Assembly (NCBI GenBank): GCA_977017645.1
Contig: OZ360223.1
Coordinates: 224,502,001 to 224,566,000 of the forward strand
Length of the DNA: 64,000 nucleotides
Reading direction: 5' to 3'
DNA from: Torpedo marmorata
Lineage: Eukaryota
Below the pieces are notes generated by a model. It saw only the letters and a program-made list of their open reading frames with translations. It searched no databases and was not told where the DNA came from. Below are positions 10,100 to 21,216 of this stretch, one piece after another (the stretch's first letter is position 1; every line of letters begins with the position of its first letter). The translations under genes were made by a program, and so were the position numbers.

Positions 10100-12520
10100 A
10101 TAACCATATAACCAGAAATATTTACAACACAGAAACAGGCCAGTTTGGCCCTTCTAGTCCATGCCGAACACATTCTCCCACCTAGTCCCACTGACCCGCA
10201 CCCGGCCCATAACCCCCCACACCTCTCTCGTCCATATACCTATCCAACTTTTCCTTAAACATTAAAATTGAACCTGCATCCATCACTTCGGCCGGAGGCT
10301 CGTTCCATCCTCCTACCACCCTCTGAGTGAAGAAATTCCCCCTCATGTTTCCTCTAAACTTTTCCCCCTTCAATCTCAATCCATGCCATCTTGTTTGAAT
10401 CTTCCCCACTCTCAATGGAAAAAGCCTGTCCACATTGACTCATAATTTTAAACACATCCATCAAACCACCCCTCAACCTTCTATGCTCCAGGGAATAAAG
10501 TCCCAGCCTGTTCAACCTTTCCCTATAACTCAAACCCAGAAACCCGGGCAACGTTCTTGTAAATCTCCTCTGCACTCTCTCTATTCTGTTTATATCCTTC
10601 CTGTAATTCGGCGACCAAAACTGCGCACAATATTCCAAATTTGGTCTCACCAACGCCTTATACAACTTCAACATGACATCCCAACTCCTATATTCAATAC
10701 TCTGATTTATGAAGGCCAACATACCAAATGCTTTCTTCACCACCCTATCTACGTGTGACTTAACTTTCAGGGAATTATGTACCAGAATTCCTAAATCCCT
10801 CTGTTCTACTGCACTTCTCAATTGTCTTCCATTTAACATGTATGACGTTGCTGATTAATCCTACCAAAATGTAGCACCTCACATTTATCAGTATTAAACT
10901 CCATCTGCCATGTTTCCGCACACTCTTCTAACTGTCCAATATCCCCCTGTAAGCTTTGATATCCCTCTTCACTGTACACAACACCACCAATCTTCATATC
11001 ATCTGCATACTTACTAATCCAATTTACCACCCTATCATCTAGATCATTAATATATATGACAAACAACAATGGACCCAGTACCGATCCCTGAGGCACTCCA
11101 CTAGTCACCGGCCTCCAATTTGACAAACAATTTTCCACCACTACTCTCTGGCATCTCCAATCCAACCATTGTTGAATCCATTTCACTACTTCGTCGTCAA
11201 TACCTAATGCTTGAACCTTCCTAACGAGCCTCTTATGCGGAACCTTGTCAAATGCCTTACTAAAGTCCATAGAGACAACATCCACAGCCTTCCCCTTGTC
11301 AACCCTCTTAGTAACCTCAATGAAAAACTCTATGAGATTTGTCAAACATGATCTACCACGAACAAAACCGTGTTGACTACTCCTAATCAATACTTGTCTT
11401 TCCAAATAACTGTATACACCATCTCTAAGAACACTCTCCATTAATTTACCTACCACCGATGTCAGACTCACAGGCCTATAATTTTCAGGTTTACTTTTGG
11501 AGCCCTTCTTAAAAAGCGGGACAACATGAGCTACCCTCCAATCCTCCGGCACCTCCCCCGTGGCCAGTGACATTTTAAATATTTCTGTCAGAGCCCCCAC
11601 TATTTGTACACTAATCTCCCTCAGGGTCCTCTGGAATATCCTGTCAGGACCTGGAGATTTATCCACCTTTATACTCTTTAAAATAGCCAATACTACCTCC
11701 TCATTAATCTTTATATTATCCATGACCTCACTGCCAGATTTCCTTACCTCACCTGGCTCAATATTCCTTTCCTTTGTAAATACTGAAGAAAAAAATTCAT
11801 TTAAAATCTCCCCCATCTCCTCTGACTTCTCACATAGCCTACCCGTCTGATCCTCAATGGGCCCAATTTTATCCCTCACTATTCTTTTGCTTTTAATGTA
11901 CCTGTAGAAACCCTTTGGATTTATTTTTACCTTGCCTGCCAAAGCAGCCTCATATCTCCTTTTAGCCTTTCTAATTTATTTCTTAAGATTTTTTTCACAC
12001 TCCTTATATTCCTCAAGGACCTCATCTATTCCCTGCTGTCTATACCTGTTGTACACATCCCTCTTCCTCTGAACCAAATTCCCGATATCCTTTGAAAACC
12101 AAGGCTCCCTATATTTTCTAACTCTTCCTTTAATCCTCACAGGGACGAACCGACTCTGTACTCTCAAAATTTCCCCTTTGAATATCCTCCATTTATCTGT
12201 GACATCCTTTCCTAAAAATAAATTATCCCAATCCACACCCTCTAAATCCTTCCTCATCTCCTTGAAATTTGCCTTATTCCAATCAAGAATCTCAACCTTA
12301 GGCCCAGCCCTATCCTTCTCCATTATCAACCTAAAACTAATGGTATTATGATCACTAGACCCAAAGTGTTCCCTAACACAAACCTCTGTCACCTGACCAA
12401 CCTAATAGGAGATCCAATACTGCCCCCTCTCTCGTCGGTTCTTCTATGTATTGATTTAGAAAACTTTCCTGAACACATTTGACAAACTCCAACCCATCCT
12501 GCCCTATTAAAGTATGGCCA
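10100..12520 (-). mobile_element. 5'-truncated CR1 LINE, disrupted ORF2
   Basis: SSDHN (endonuclease end), NYRPVSLTS, DFSKAFDKV, GVPQGSVLGP, KYADD; frameshifts; 3' tail ending in (tatggtta)-like repeat. Confidence 0.95.
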
Positions 12521-13848
12521 GGAATATTTTCATTTCTCTGCTCCTCTGTGCCAGGTCTCCATCATCCCAATTCTATTACATCCTACACGGCTCCTTGTAT
12601 CGTGAGCTCTCCAACTTTATGTAACATGCAATGACCATTTACCAACATGCAGTTGAGACCTATTCTCATGATATATGCTATTAATATAAAAATGTACTCT
12701 TGGCTTCTTCATTGTCCTCTCCTTCTCGTAGTTTGAAATGATCAAGTAACCTGGGCCAAACATGTATATCAGTTGATATTTATTGTGGAATGCCTTTCAT
12801 CAGCTGAAGTATTCACTGTAATGAATTCTGTGAGCCAGAGAAAAGTCACTAAACCTTACTTCTGGTGCTGGATACCTTTCAAGTGTCATCTTTCAATAAT
12901 AACCCTTCAAAATCGAATGTAGAAAGTAATCAGAACTATTAGGCTTTTGGCAACAAAAAAAAGAGAAAGATAGACAAAGACAGATACAAATGTGTAGCAG
13001 TTTTCAAAAAAAATATTTTATTTAAAATTTTAAATCACAAAATACATAAGGTAAAATATAAAATTATCAAAATACTTGTGATATCTTTTCACCCCCCCTC
13101 CCAACCTCCCCTCCCTAACCCTCCCATCCCTACTAATCTAATAAAATAAAATAAAAGAAAGAAAAAGATAGAGTAAGGAGAATGTCAATCTAAAAAATAC
13201 ATCTATAAACTAATTCTATTAGGTTCGCCAGTAGATCCGATACCCAGAGATTTTCAGATCCTTAAACCGACAACTTTCATATATGGGCTCCAAATTTTTA
13301 AAAAGAAATGATATTTATTACGTAAATTATAAGTCATTTTTTCAAGTGGTATACATGCACAAAGTTCTTCATGCCATCTTTCTAACCCTAAATCTACATC
13401 AGATTTCCAAGTAATAGCAATACATTTCATTGAAACAGCTAAAGCAATTTGCCGAAATTCTATTTGATACATATTTAATTTCATCTTAATACTAAGTTTT
13501 TTAATATCTCCAAACAAAAATAACATAGGATCCATTGGGAATGTAATCTTAAATACTTTATGTAAAAAATTTTAACTTTCAACCAAAAATCATAAACTTT
13601 CGGACAAAACCATGTAGAATGTACAAAAGAACCTTCCTGTTTATTACATCTAAAACATAAACCTGATAATTTCGGATTAAATTTCTTTAATTTTTTAGGT
13701 GTTAAATATAATTGATGGGGGGCGTGGCGTGATGGCGTAGGAAGAAGATGCAGAGATACACCTCTCCCAGCAGATAAAACTAAGAAGACTTTTTAAATAA
13801 CTCAACAAAATCAAGAACATCATAAAAAGTGCTATAACTACTTTAAGA

Positions 13849-15219
13849 ATGGCTGGCAGAAAAACGAGAGAACAAAAAGCTAAAAAAACCATGGTACAAA
13901 CAACTCTAATACATGAAGAAAAAAGGCCTACCTTGGAGATGGAGCCTGGGACTGTCCTGCAGATGAAGGCTGGTAAGCGACCTGGCAAACGCTTGTCTGA
14001 ATCGGGAACGCCGACGCTACCTCCGCAGGGAGCTGCGGAAGATGGCGCCGGCGCCCGATCTAAAACTACAAAAAGATTAGAAGAACAAGCGCGCATGCGC
14101 AGAATCGCCGATCTACAACTGCAACTATACGAGGCCAGGATGATGTCATCGGAGGCTTCCCAGACCATACTACAGGCTGGGAAGCCTGCATTATCGTCGG
14201 AATCTGAAGGGGAAAAAGAAGATAGCCAGCTGGGAGAAGAGGAAGCTGAAGATTTTGATGTATATGAAGGTGATATGCAGAGAAAGTTATGTTCAATTCA
14301 AGATAATATTTTACAGGCTATAGCAAAATTGGAAAGGAAAATGGATGCTAAGCTTAATATGACTATAAGTAAAATGCAAGATGAATTTACAGAAGTAAAA
14401 CAGAATATGGGAAGATTGGAGAGTGCTGTAAGTAAAGTGGATGAGAGAGTTAAAAGAATGGAAGAGGAAACTGAAAATAATAAGCATGAAGTTGAAGATT
14501 GTAGAGATAGAGTGGATAAGATGGAAGATACTTTTACTGGATGGCAAAAGCAAAGAGATGAAATGATGCTGAAAATAGAACAGATGGAAAATCAAAGTCG
14601 CAGAAATAATGTGAAAATATTGGGAATACCTGAAAATTTTGAACCTTTAGATACGACCAAGTTTTTTCAAGATTGGTTGAAGCAGATTTTTGAATTTGAC
14701 CAACCAATAGAGCTTGAACGTGCCCATAGGATTGGAAGGAGAGATCAGATAGATCGGAGACCACGTCCAATTTTGATAAAGTGTTTAAGATATCAAGACA
14801 GAGAAAGAATTTTAAGATCAGCAATTCAACATACACGAGATCATGGTGCTCCGATGCAAATTCAAGAGAACAGAATTCTCTTCTATCCTGATTTGAGTCC
14901 TACGCTGGTCAAACAACGTAAAGAATTTAATCCTGCTAAGGCAAAGTTATGGGAGAAAGGCTATAAATTTTCGTTTAAATATCCGGCGACTTTGAGAATT
15001 CAAAATGGTGATGGTTCTCTATTATTTATGGATCCTCGACAAGCCCTGTTACATGCAAATAATCTTCCGAATCTGAGAAGAGTTTACACTGTGGGTACTA
15101 TTCAACAAGCGCAAGAAAGTCAAGTAAGAAGAGAGAATGAAATGCCAGGTTTGATAACCGAAGAAGCTGCCTTGGTTCAGATTGAAGAAGAAAGTGAAAA
15201 TTTGAGAGGAGTTAACTGA
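13849..15219 (+). CDS. L1 ORF1p (coiled coil, RRM, CTD; Transposase_22-like)
   Basis: 456 aa; ENQSRRNNVKILGIPE, LERAHRIG, RPRPILIK, FYPDLS, YPATLRI. Confidence 0.95.
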   Translation: MAGRKTREQKAKKTMVQTTLIHEEKRPTLEMEPGTVLQMKAGKRPGKRLSESGTPTLPPQGAAEDGAGARSKTTKRLEEQARMRRIADLQLQLYEARMMSSEASQTILQAGKPALSSESEGEKEDSQLGEEEAEDFDVYEGDMQRKLCSIQDNILQAIAKLERKMDAKLNMTISKMQDEFTEVKQNMGRLESAVSKVDERVKRMEEETENNKHEVEDCRDRVDKMEDTFTGWQKQRDEMMLKIEQMENQSRRNNVKILGIPENFEPLDTTKFFQDWLKQIFEFDQPIELERAHRIGRRDQIDRRPRPILIKCLRYQDRERILRSAIQHTRDHGAPMQIQENRILFYPDLSPTLVKQRKEFNPAKAKLWEKGYKFSFKYPATLRIQNGDGSLLFMDPRQALLHANNLPNLRRVYTVGTIQQAQESQVRRENEMPGLITEEAALVQIEEESENLRGVN

Positions 15220-15487
15220 ATATTAAATGTATGATTAATTATCTGTTTGGGGGAGGTGGACTCATTGGGACTTTTTCCGAAACCACCACCACTTTAGCGG
15301 TTGTACCGCTTCTCGAGCGACGGAGGGGGGTAGCACTGGGATATATACAGTCCAGTGTTAATTATGGGATGTTCTTTTTTCTTGCTTTTCTATTATTTCA
15401 CTCTATTTGAGGAGAAAATATGTAATCAACGGAATAGGAGGGATGCGTCGGCGGATCTGACAGATAGAGAATGTTTAAAATTTAATT

Positions 15488-18400
15488 ATGGTTGATTCTA
15501 GAAGTATTAATTTTGTAAGTATTAATGTTAATGGGCTTAATAATCCAATTAAAAGGAAAAAAACTTTGGCATATATTAAAAAATTAAAAGTAGATATAGC
15601 TTTTTTACAGGAAACACATTTGACTGATAAAGAACATCAAAAGTTGAAGAGAGAATGGGTAGGACATGTAGTAGCTTCGTCTTTTAATTCTAAAGCGAGA
15701 GGAGTAGCAATTTTAATCAATAAAAAATTACCATTTAAAATACAATCAGTAATGACGGATATAGCTGGTAGGTTTGTTATGGTGCATTGTCAAATTTATT
15801 CAGAAACATGGACTTTTTTAAATTTATATATTGTAAACCCAGAGGATGAACAATTTATTCAAGATACCTGTTTACATTTATCTGAAGCTAAGGAAAATAT
15901 TTTAATTGGGGGAGATTTTAATTGTTGTCTTAATACGAATATGGATAAAACATCTAAAACATCTGTTAGACCTAAAATAGTTAAAAGAATTATTAATTTA
16001 ATGGATGATTTAAATTTAGTAGATATTTGGAGAAAGGTAAACCCTAGAGAAAAAGATTATTCATTTTATTCTTTTCGACATAATTCATTCTCGAGGATTG
16101 ATTTATTTTTAATATCGTCACAAATTCAGGATAGAATAACTCAAATTTCTTATAAAGCAAGAATAATTTCAGACCATTCACCGTTATTAATGACATGTAT
16201 AATTCCAGAGAAAGAAAAAACTGTATATAATTGGAGATTAGATTCTTCTTTATTAAATAGAAAAGATTTTTGTGATTATATGAGAAAAGAAATTCAGGAA
16301 TTTTTAAGAATTAATAACAATTCAGTTGATGATAAGTTTATAATTTGGGAATCTTTAAAAGCATATTTAAGAGGATTGATAATAAGCTTCTCGGCAAAAA
16401 TCAGAAAAGATTATTTGAAGGAAGAAGAAAAATTGGAGGGGGAGATTGAAGTTATGGAAAAAGATTTTCAAAGAAACAAAACAATTTTTAAGAGACAACG
16501 TTTAATGGGGAAAAAATTACATTATAATATATTACAAACTCAAAAAATGGAAAAATTAATTGGTAGAACAAAGCAAAGATATTATGAATTGGGAGAAAGA
16601 GCACATAAAGTTTTAGCATGGCAATTAAAGAAAGAACAAGTTTCTAAAACTATAAATGCTATAAAGAAAAGTAATGGAGATATAACTTATAAACCTCAAG
16701 AAATAAACAATTCTTTTAAAGAATATTATCAAAATTTATATACTTCACAAATGAGTCAAGATGTTGTAAAAATTGATGATTTTTTATCTAAAATTATATT
16801 GCCCAAATTAAATAGTTCTAACAGAGATTTGTTAGATTTACCAATTACAATGAGAGAAGTAGGTGAAGCTTTATCATCATTGAATAGTGGTAAATCTCCT
16901 GGTGATGATGGATTTCCTGTAGAGTTTTATAAGAAGTTTAAAGATTTATTGATACCTATATATATGGAAGTATTGACTCAAATAAAGGAAACTCAGTTAT
17001 TACCGAAAACATTTTTAAATGCTGTTATTACAGTTATACCAAAGAAGGATAGAGATGTATTGAAAACTGAATCGTATAGACCTATATCATTGTTAAATGT
17101 AGATTATAAATTAATGGCGAAAATCTTGACAAATAGACTAGCTAAGTTTTTACCATTTTTAATACATCCAGATCAAGCAGGATTTATTAAAAATAGATAT
17201 TCAAAGGATAATATAGCAAGATTAATAAGTTTGATTAATTTACAAAAGAAGAAACAGGATTTACCGTTAGTGATAGCATTAGATGCAGAAAAAGCATTTG
17301 ATAGATTAGAGTGGAAGTTTTTATTTAAGGTTTTAGAGAAATATGGATTTGGAAATATGTTTATAAATTGGATTAAAACTATATATAAGGAACCTACAGC
17401 TAAAGTAATTACAAATGGTCAAATATCATCTAAATTTTCTTTGACACGGTCAACAAGACAAGGATGTCCATTGTCACCTGCTTTATTTGTATTGGCAATA
17501 GAACCGTTGGCGGAAATGATTAGGAAAGATATGAATATAAATGGGATAAAAGTAGGTGCAGAAGAGCATAAAATTAGTTTGTTTGCAGATGATGTATTAA
17601 TATATATGACAAAGTCTATTGAATCACTTCAACAATTAGATAAAATATTGAGGGATTATGGTGAAATATCTGGATATAAAATAAATTCGGATAAAAGTGA
17701 GATAATGGCTTTATCTCAAGGAGACTATACTAAATGTAAAGAAGTTACAAAATTTAAATGGGCTAAAGAAGCTATTAAATATTTGGGAGTTAAAGTGGAT
17801 ACAAAGTTAGAAAATTTATATAAATTAAATTACATACCTTTATTTCAGAAAATAAAGAAGGATTTGGATAATTGGAAAGATTTACCTATAACTTTAATAG
17901 GAAGAGTGAATTGTATTAAAATGAATATTTTTCCAAGAGTTCAATATCTTTTTCAATCTATACCTTTTGGTATTCCTCAAAAATTTTTTAAAGATTTAAA
18001 AAGTATTATTAGAAAGTTTTTATGGAAAGGAAAACTGGCAAGAGTAAGTATGGATAAATTAACTTGGGAATATGAAATGGGTGGACTACAACTTCCTAAT
18101 TTTCAATATTATTATAAGGCAGCACAATTAAAATTTATAAATGAATTATTTGATTTAACTAAAAATACGGCTTGGATCAATATAGAATTAAGTAATATAG
18201 GAGAAAGAAATAAGGAAGATATTATTTATAAATGGAATTCTAAATTATTATTGATTAAAAAGAAAAAGTCACCGATTATTAGACATTTATTAGAGATTTG
18301 GAATCAATTAGATAATGAAATAGGGCGAAAAGGATTAATTTCTTTAAATATGCCATTATATCAGAATTTATTACTACCATTTTCTATGGATAATCAATTT

Positions 18401-19273
18401 TTAAAATTATGGTATCAAAAAGGAATTAAGAAGATTAAAGATTGTTTTGAGGCAGGAAGATTTGTTACTTTTTCTAGATTGAAAGAAAAATTTGGAATAA
18501 TGGATAATACAATTTTGGCTTATTATCAAGTTAAAGGATTTTTAGTTGAGAAATTAGGGAATCAATTAATATCTCCTAGACAGGATGGGTTAGAGTTATT
18601 AATTACTAATGGAAATGTTAATAAATTTATATCGCAAATGTATAAATTATTTCAGAAAAAGATACCTAAAGTAGGACTGCATAAATCTAGATTAAATTGG
18701 GAATCAGATCTAAATACTAGTATAGATGAACAACACTGGAAAGAATTGTGTAAATTGAGTATGACTAAGATTATTAATGTTAGATATAGATTAGTACAGT
18801 ATAACTTTTTTCATCAATTATATATAACACCTAAAAAATTAAAGAAATTCAATCCGGCATTGTCAGATATGTGTTTTAGATGTAAAGATGAAATAGGTTC
18901 TTTTGTACATTGTACATGGTCATGTTTGAAAATTAAAAATTTTTGGTTTAAAGTCAAAGATTTTTTAGATAGAATTTTTAATATTATGATTCCAATGGAT
19001 CCTATGATATTTTTATTTGGAGATATAAAAAAAATTAGTATTAGAAATAGATTAAATATGTACCAAATAGAATTTTTACGAATCGTGTTAGCTATTTCAA
19101 AAAAATGTATTGCTATTACTTGGAAATCAGATTTAGATTTGAATTTAGATAGATTACATGCAGAGTTACGTTCTTGTATACCACTGGAAAAAATTACGTA
19201 TAATTTACGAGACAAATATCATTTCTTTTTGAAAATTTGGAGCCCATATATGAGAATTATGGGTATGAATTAA
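15488..19273 (+). CDS. L1 ORF2p (APE endonuclease, reverse transcriptase, CCHC domain)
   Basis: 1261 aa; NVNGLN, LQETH, GGDFN, SRIDLF, SDHSP; YRPISLLN, LDAEKAFD, RQGCPLSP, LFADD; CFRC-x8-H-x4-C. Confidence 0.97.
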   Translation: MVDSRSINFVSINVNGLNNPIKRKKTLAYIKKLKVDIAFLQETHLTDKEHQKLKREWVGHVVASSFNSKARGVAILINKKLPFKIQSVMTDIAGRFVMVHCQIYSETWTFLNLYIVNPEDEQFIQDTCLHLSEAKENILIGGDFNCCLNTNMDKTSKTSVRPKIVKRIINLMDDLNLVDIWRKVNPREKDYSFYSFRHNSFSRIDLFLISSQIQDRITQISYKARIISDHSPLLMTCIIPEKEKTVYNWRLDSSLLNRKDFCDYMRKEIQEFLRINNNSVDDKFIIWESLKAYLRGLIISFSAKIRKDYLKEEEKLEGEIEVMEKDFQRNKTIFKRQRLMGKKLHYNILQTQKMEKLIGRTKQRYYELGERAHKVLAWQLKKEQVSKTINAIKKSNGDITYKPQEINNSFKEYYQNLYTSQMSQDVVKIDDFLSKIILPKLNSSNRDLLDLPITMREVGEALSSLNSGKSPGDDGFPVEFYKKFKDLLIPIYMEVLTQIKETQLLPKTFLNAVITVIPKKDRDVLKTESYRPISLLNVDYKLMAKILTNRLAKFLPFLIHPDQAGFIKNRYSKDNIARLISLINLQKKKQDLPLVIALDAEKAFDRLEWKFLFKVLEKYGFGNMFINWIKTIYKEPTAKVITNGQISSKFSLTRSTRQGCPLSPALFVLAIEPLAEMIRKDMNINGIKVGAEEHKISLFADDVLIYMTKSIESLQQLDKILRDYGEISGYKINSDKSEIMALSQGDYTKCKEVTKFKWAKEAIKYLGVKVDTKLENLYKLNYIPLFQKIKKDLDNWKDLPITLIGRVNCIKMNIFPRVQYLFQSIPFGIPQKFFKDLKSIIRKFLWKGKLARVSMDKLTWEYEMGGLQLPNFQYYYKAAQLKFINELFDLTKNTAWINIELSNIGERNKEDIIYKWNSKLLLIKKKKSPIIRHLLEIWNQLDNEIGRKGLISLNMPLYQNLLLPFSMDNQFLKLWYQKGIKKIKDCFEAGRFVTFSRLKEKFGIMDNTILAYYQVKGFLVEKLGNQLISPRQDGLELLITNGNVNKFISQMYKLFQKKIPKVGLHKSRLNWESDLNTSIDEQHWKELCKLSMTKIINVRYRLVQYNFFHQLYITPKKLKKFNPALSDMCFRCKDEIGSFVHCTWSCLKIKNFWFKVKDFLDRIFNIMIPMDPMIFLFGDIKKISIRNRLNMYQIEFLRIVLAISKKCIAITWKSDLDLNLDRLHAELRSCIPLEKITYNLRDKYHFFLKIWSPYMRIMGMN

Positions 19274-20354
19274 TTCTCTAAAAGTTAGTACCGCTGACAA
19301 AAGTAACCTCCAATATACAAATAGAGTTAGTTTGAAATAGTTTTCTCCTCATACTAACTCTCTTAACTTTATTTCTCATTCTATTTCTTTCCTTTTAACT
19401 AACATTTTTATATATTCTTATTTTTCTCTTTATTAGAATAGTGTGGGAGGGCTGGGGAGGGGAGGGAGGGAAGGGGGGATGGTAAATGTATCACATGTAT
19501 TTTGAATAATATATTATTTTTGATTATGTATTTTGTGATTTTAAAAACTAAATAAAATTTTTTTTTTAAAAAATAAAAATATATAATTGATGAAAAAAAT
19601 TATATTGTACTAATCTATATCTGACATTAATAATCTTCGTCATACTTAATTTACATAATTCTTTCCAATAATTTTCATCTATTGTTACATTCAAATCTAA
19701 TTCCCACTTTAATCTTGATTTAGGAATTCCTACTTTAGGAATTTTTCTCTGAAACAATTTATACATTTGAGAAATAAATTTATTTATATCTCCTTTAGTA
19801 ACTAATAATTCTAATTCATTCTCTCTTGGTAAGATCAAACTATAACCTAATTTCTCAACCAGAAATTCTCTAATATGATAATAAGCAAAAAGTGTATTAT
19901 CCAATATATTGAATTTGTCTTTCATTCTTTGAAAAGTAATACATTTCCCAGCTTCAAAACAGTCATTTATTTTCTTAATTCCTTTTTGAAACCAAATTTT
20001 AAATAATTGATTATTGATAGTAAATGGAATAAGTTCATTTTGATATAAAGGCATCTTTGGAGAAATCGTTCCTTTTCCTCTTATTTCTTTATCCGTCTTG
20101 TTCCAAATTTCTAACAGATGTTTAAGAATAGGAGAATTTTTCCTTCTTGTTGATATTAATTTAGAATCCCATTTATAAATAACTTCTTCTTTAGAATCTT
20201 CTCCTATATTATTTAATTCTATTCTAATCCAAGCAGAAGATTTAGTTAAATCAAAAAATTCATTAATAAATTTTAATTGTTTATAATAATCTTGAAAATT
20301 AGGAAGTTGTAAACCACCCATTTCATAATTCCAAGTTAATTTTTCTATACCTAC

Positions 20355-21216
20355 TGTTACAAAATCAAACCAGCAACGACAGAAGACGCAATGCAAAAGG
20401 GGTAAAATTGAAATTTATATTTATTAAAGACAATTAAACATATAATTTCACAACAATTAACCCCACTATAAACGTCTATAAACACTATTCTTATCTAAAA
20501 GGTGTGTGTGTGTGTGTAAAGGCCAGACCATTACAGTCTGTGCCCAACCTTTATGTAAAAATGGAAAAACTTTCCCCAAAAAGTCCCAGGTCAGTCATAA
20601 GAACAAGTCAGTCAAAAAAAGAATAATACAGCCCACAAAAATTCACTCTCTAAGTTCAGGTTTCAAATTCAGCTCGGTGTGCTGGTAGAAGTACTTCTGA
20701 ATGAACGTTGGAGAGAGACAATGACGGTTTATGCTTACAAATAATTGTTTTTCTTCTCTGATGACATTCCCTTCTTGTGTTTTCATAAGGATTGCGAATT
20801 CAGATCAGCATACCACTGATTGAGGCGTGTGCTTGGATCTCACAGCTGGTCTCGCTGATCTCACGCCTGTTCTCTACAGAAGTTGCTTTTAACTCAAGAT
20901 TTCTCTGAGACAGGAGGCCATGTGCTATTCTTCCAGCCTTTTCTCTGGGATGCACAAGCCTGGATTTCGCTGTGTTCTCTAGCCTTTGCAACTCCCAACT
21001 GTCTGCTTTTGCAGAGGTCTGCACCTGCTTTTGCAAAAGTGCAACAAAGTATCTTTTCCACAGCCCTTCTCTCTCTACTCTCTCTCTCTCTCTCTGGGTA
21101 CACCAAGTCCTGGGCAAGTTAACTCTTTCAGTACCTGGTCCCAGTGTATACTCCAAAAGACTTCATCCTTCCTGCTGACCGTCCACAGTCCAAATGGTCA
21201 GTCATGGTCCATAACA
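20355..21216 (-). mobile_element. Solo LTR (862 bp)
   Basis: TGTTA...TAACA termini, 4-bp TSD ctac (20351-20354, 21217-21220); host L1 ORF2 rejoins across it; AATAAA about 65 nt from the minus-strand 3' end. Confidence 0.88.

Larger units (their letters stand above)
13718..19580 (+). mobile_element. Full-length L1 with both ORFs open
   Basis: 12-bp TSD atataattgatg at 13706-13717 and 19581-19592; G-run 5' end, about 130-nt 5' UTR, 268-nt spacer, G-rich 3' UTR, AATAAA and A tail. Confidence 0.97.

Noticed and set aside
12860-12945. Minus-strand acceptor/donor pair resembling an exon
   Set aside because: Stop codons in all three frames between the splice signals
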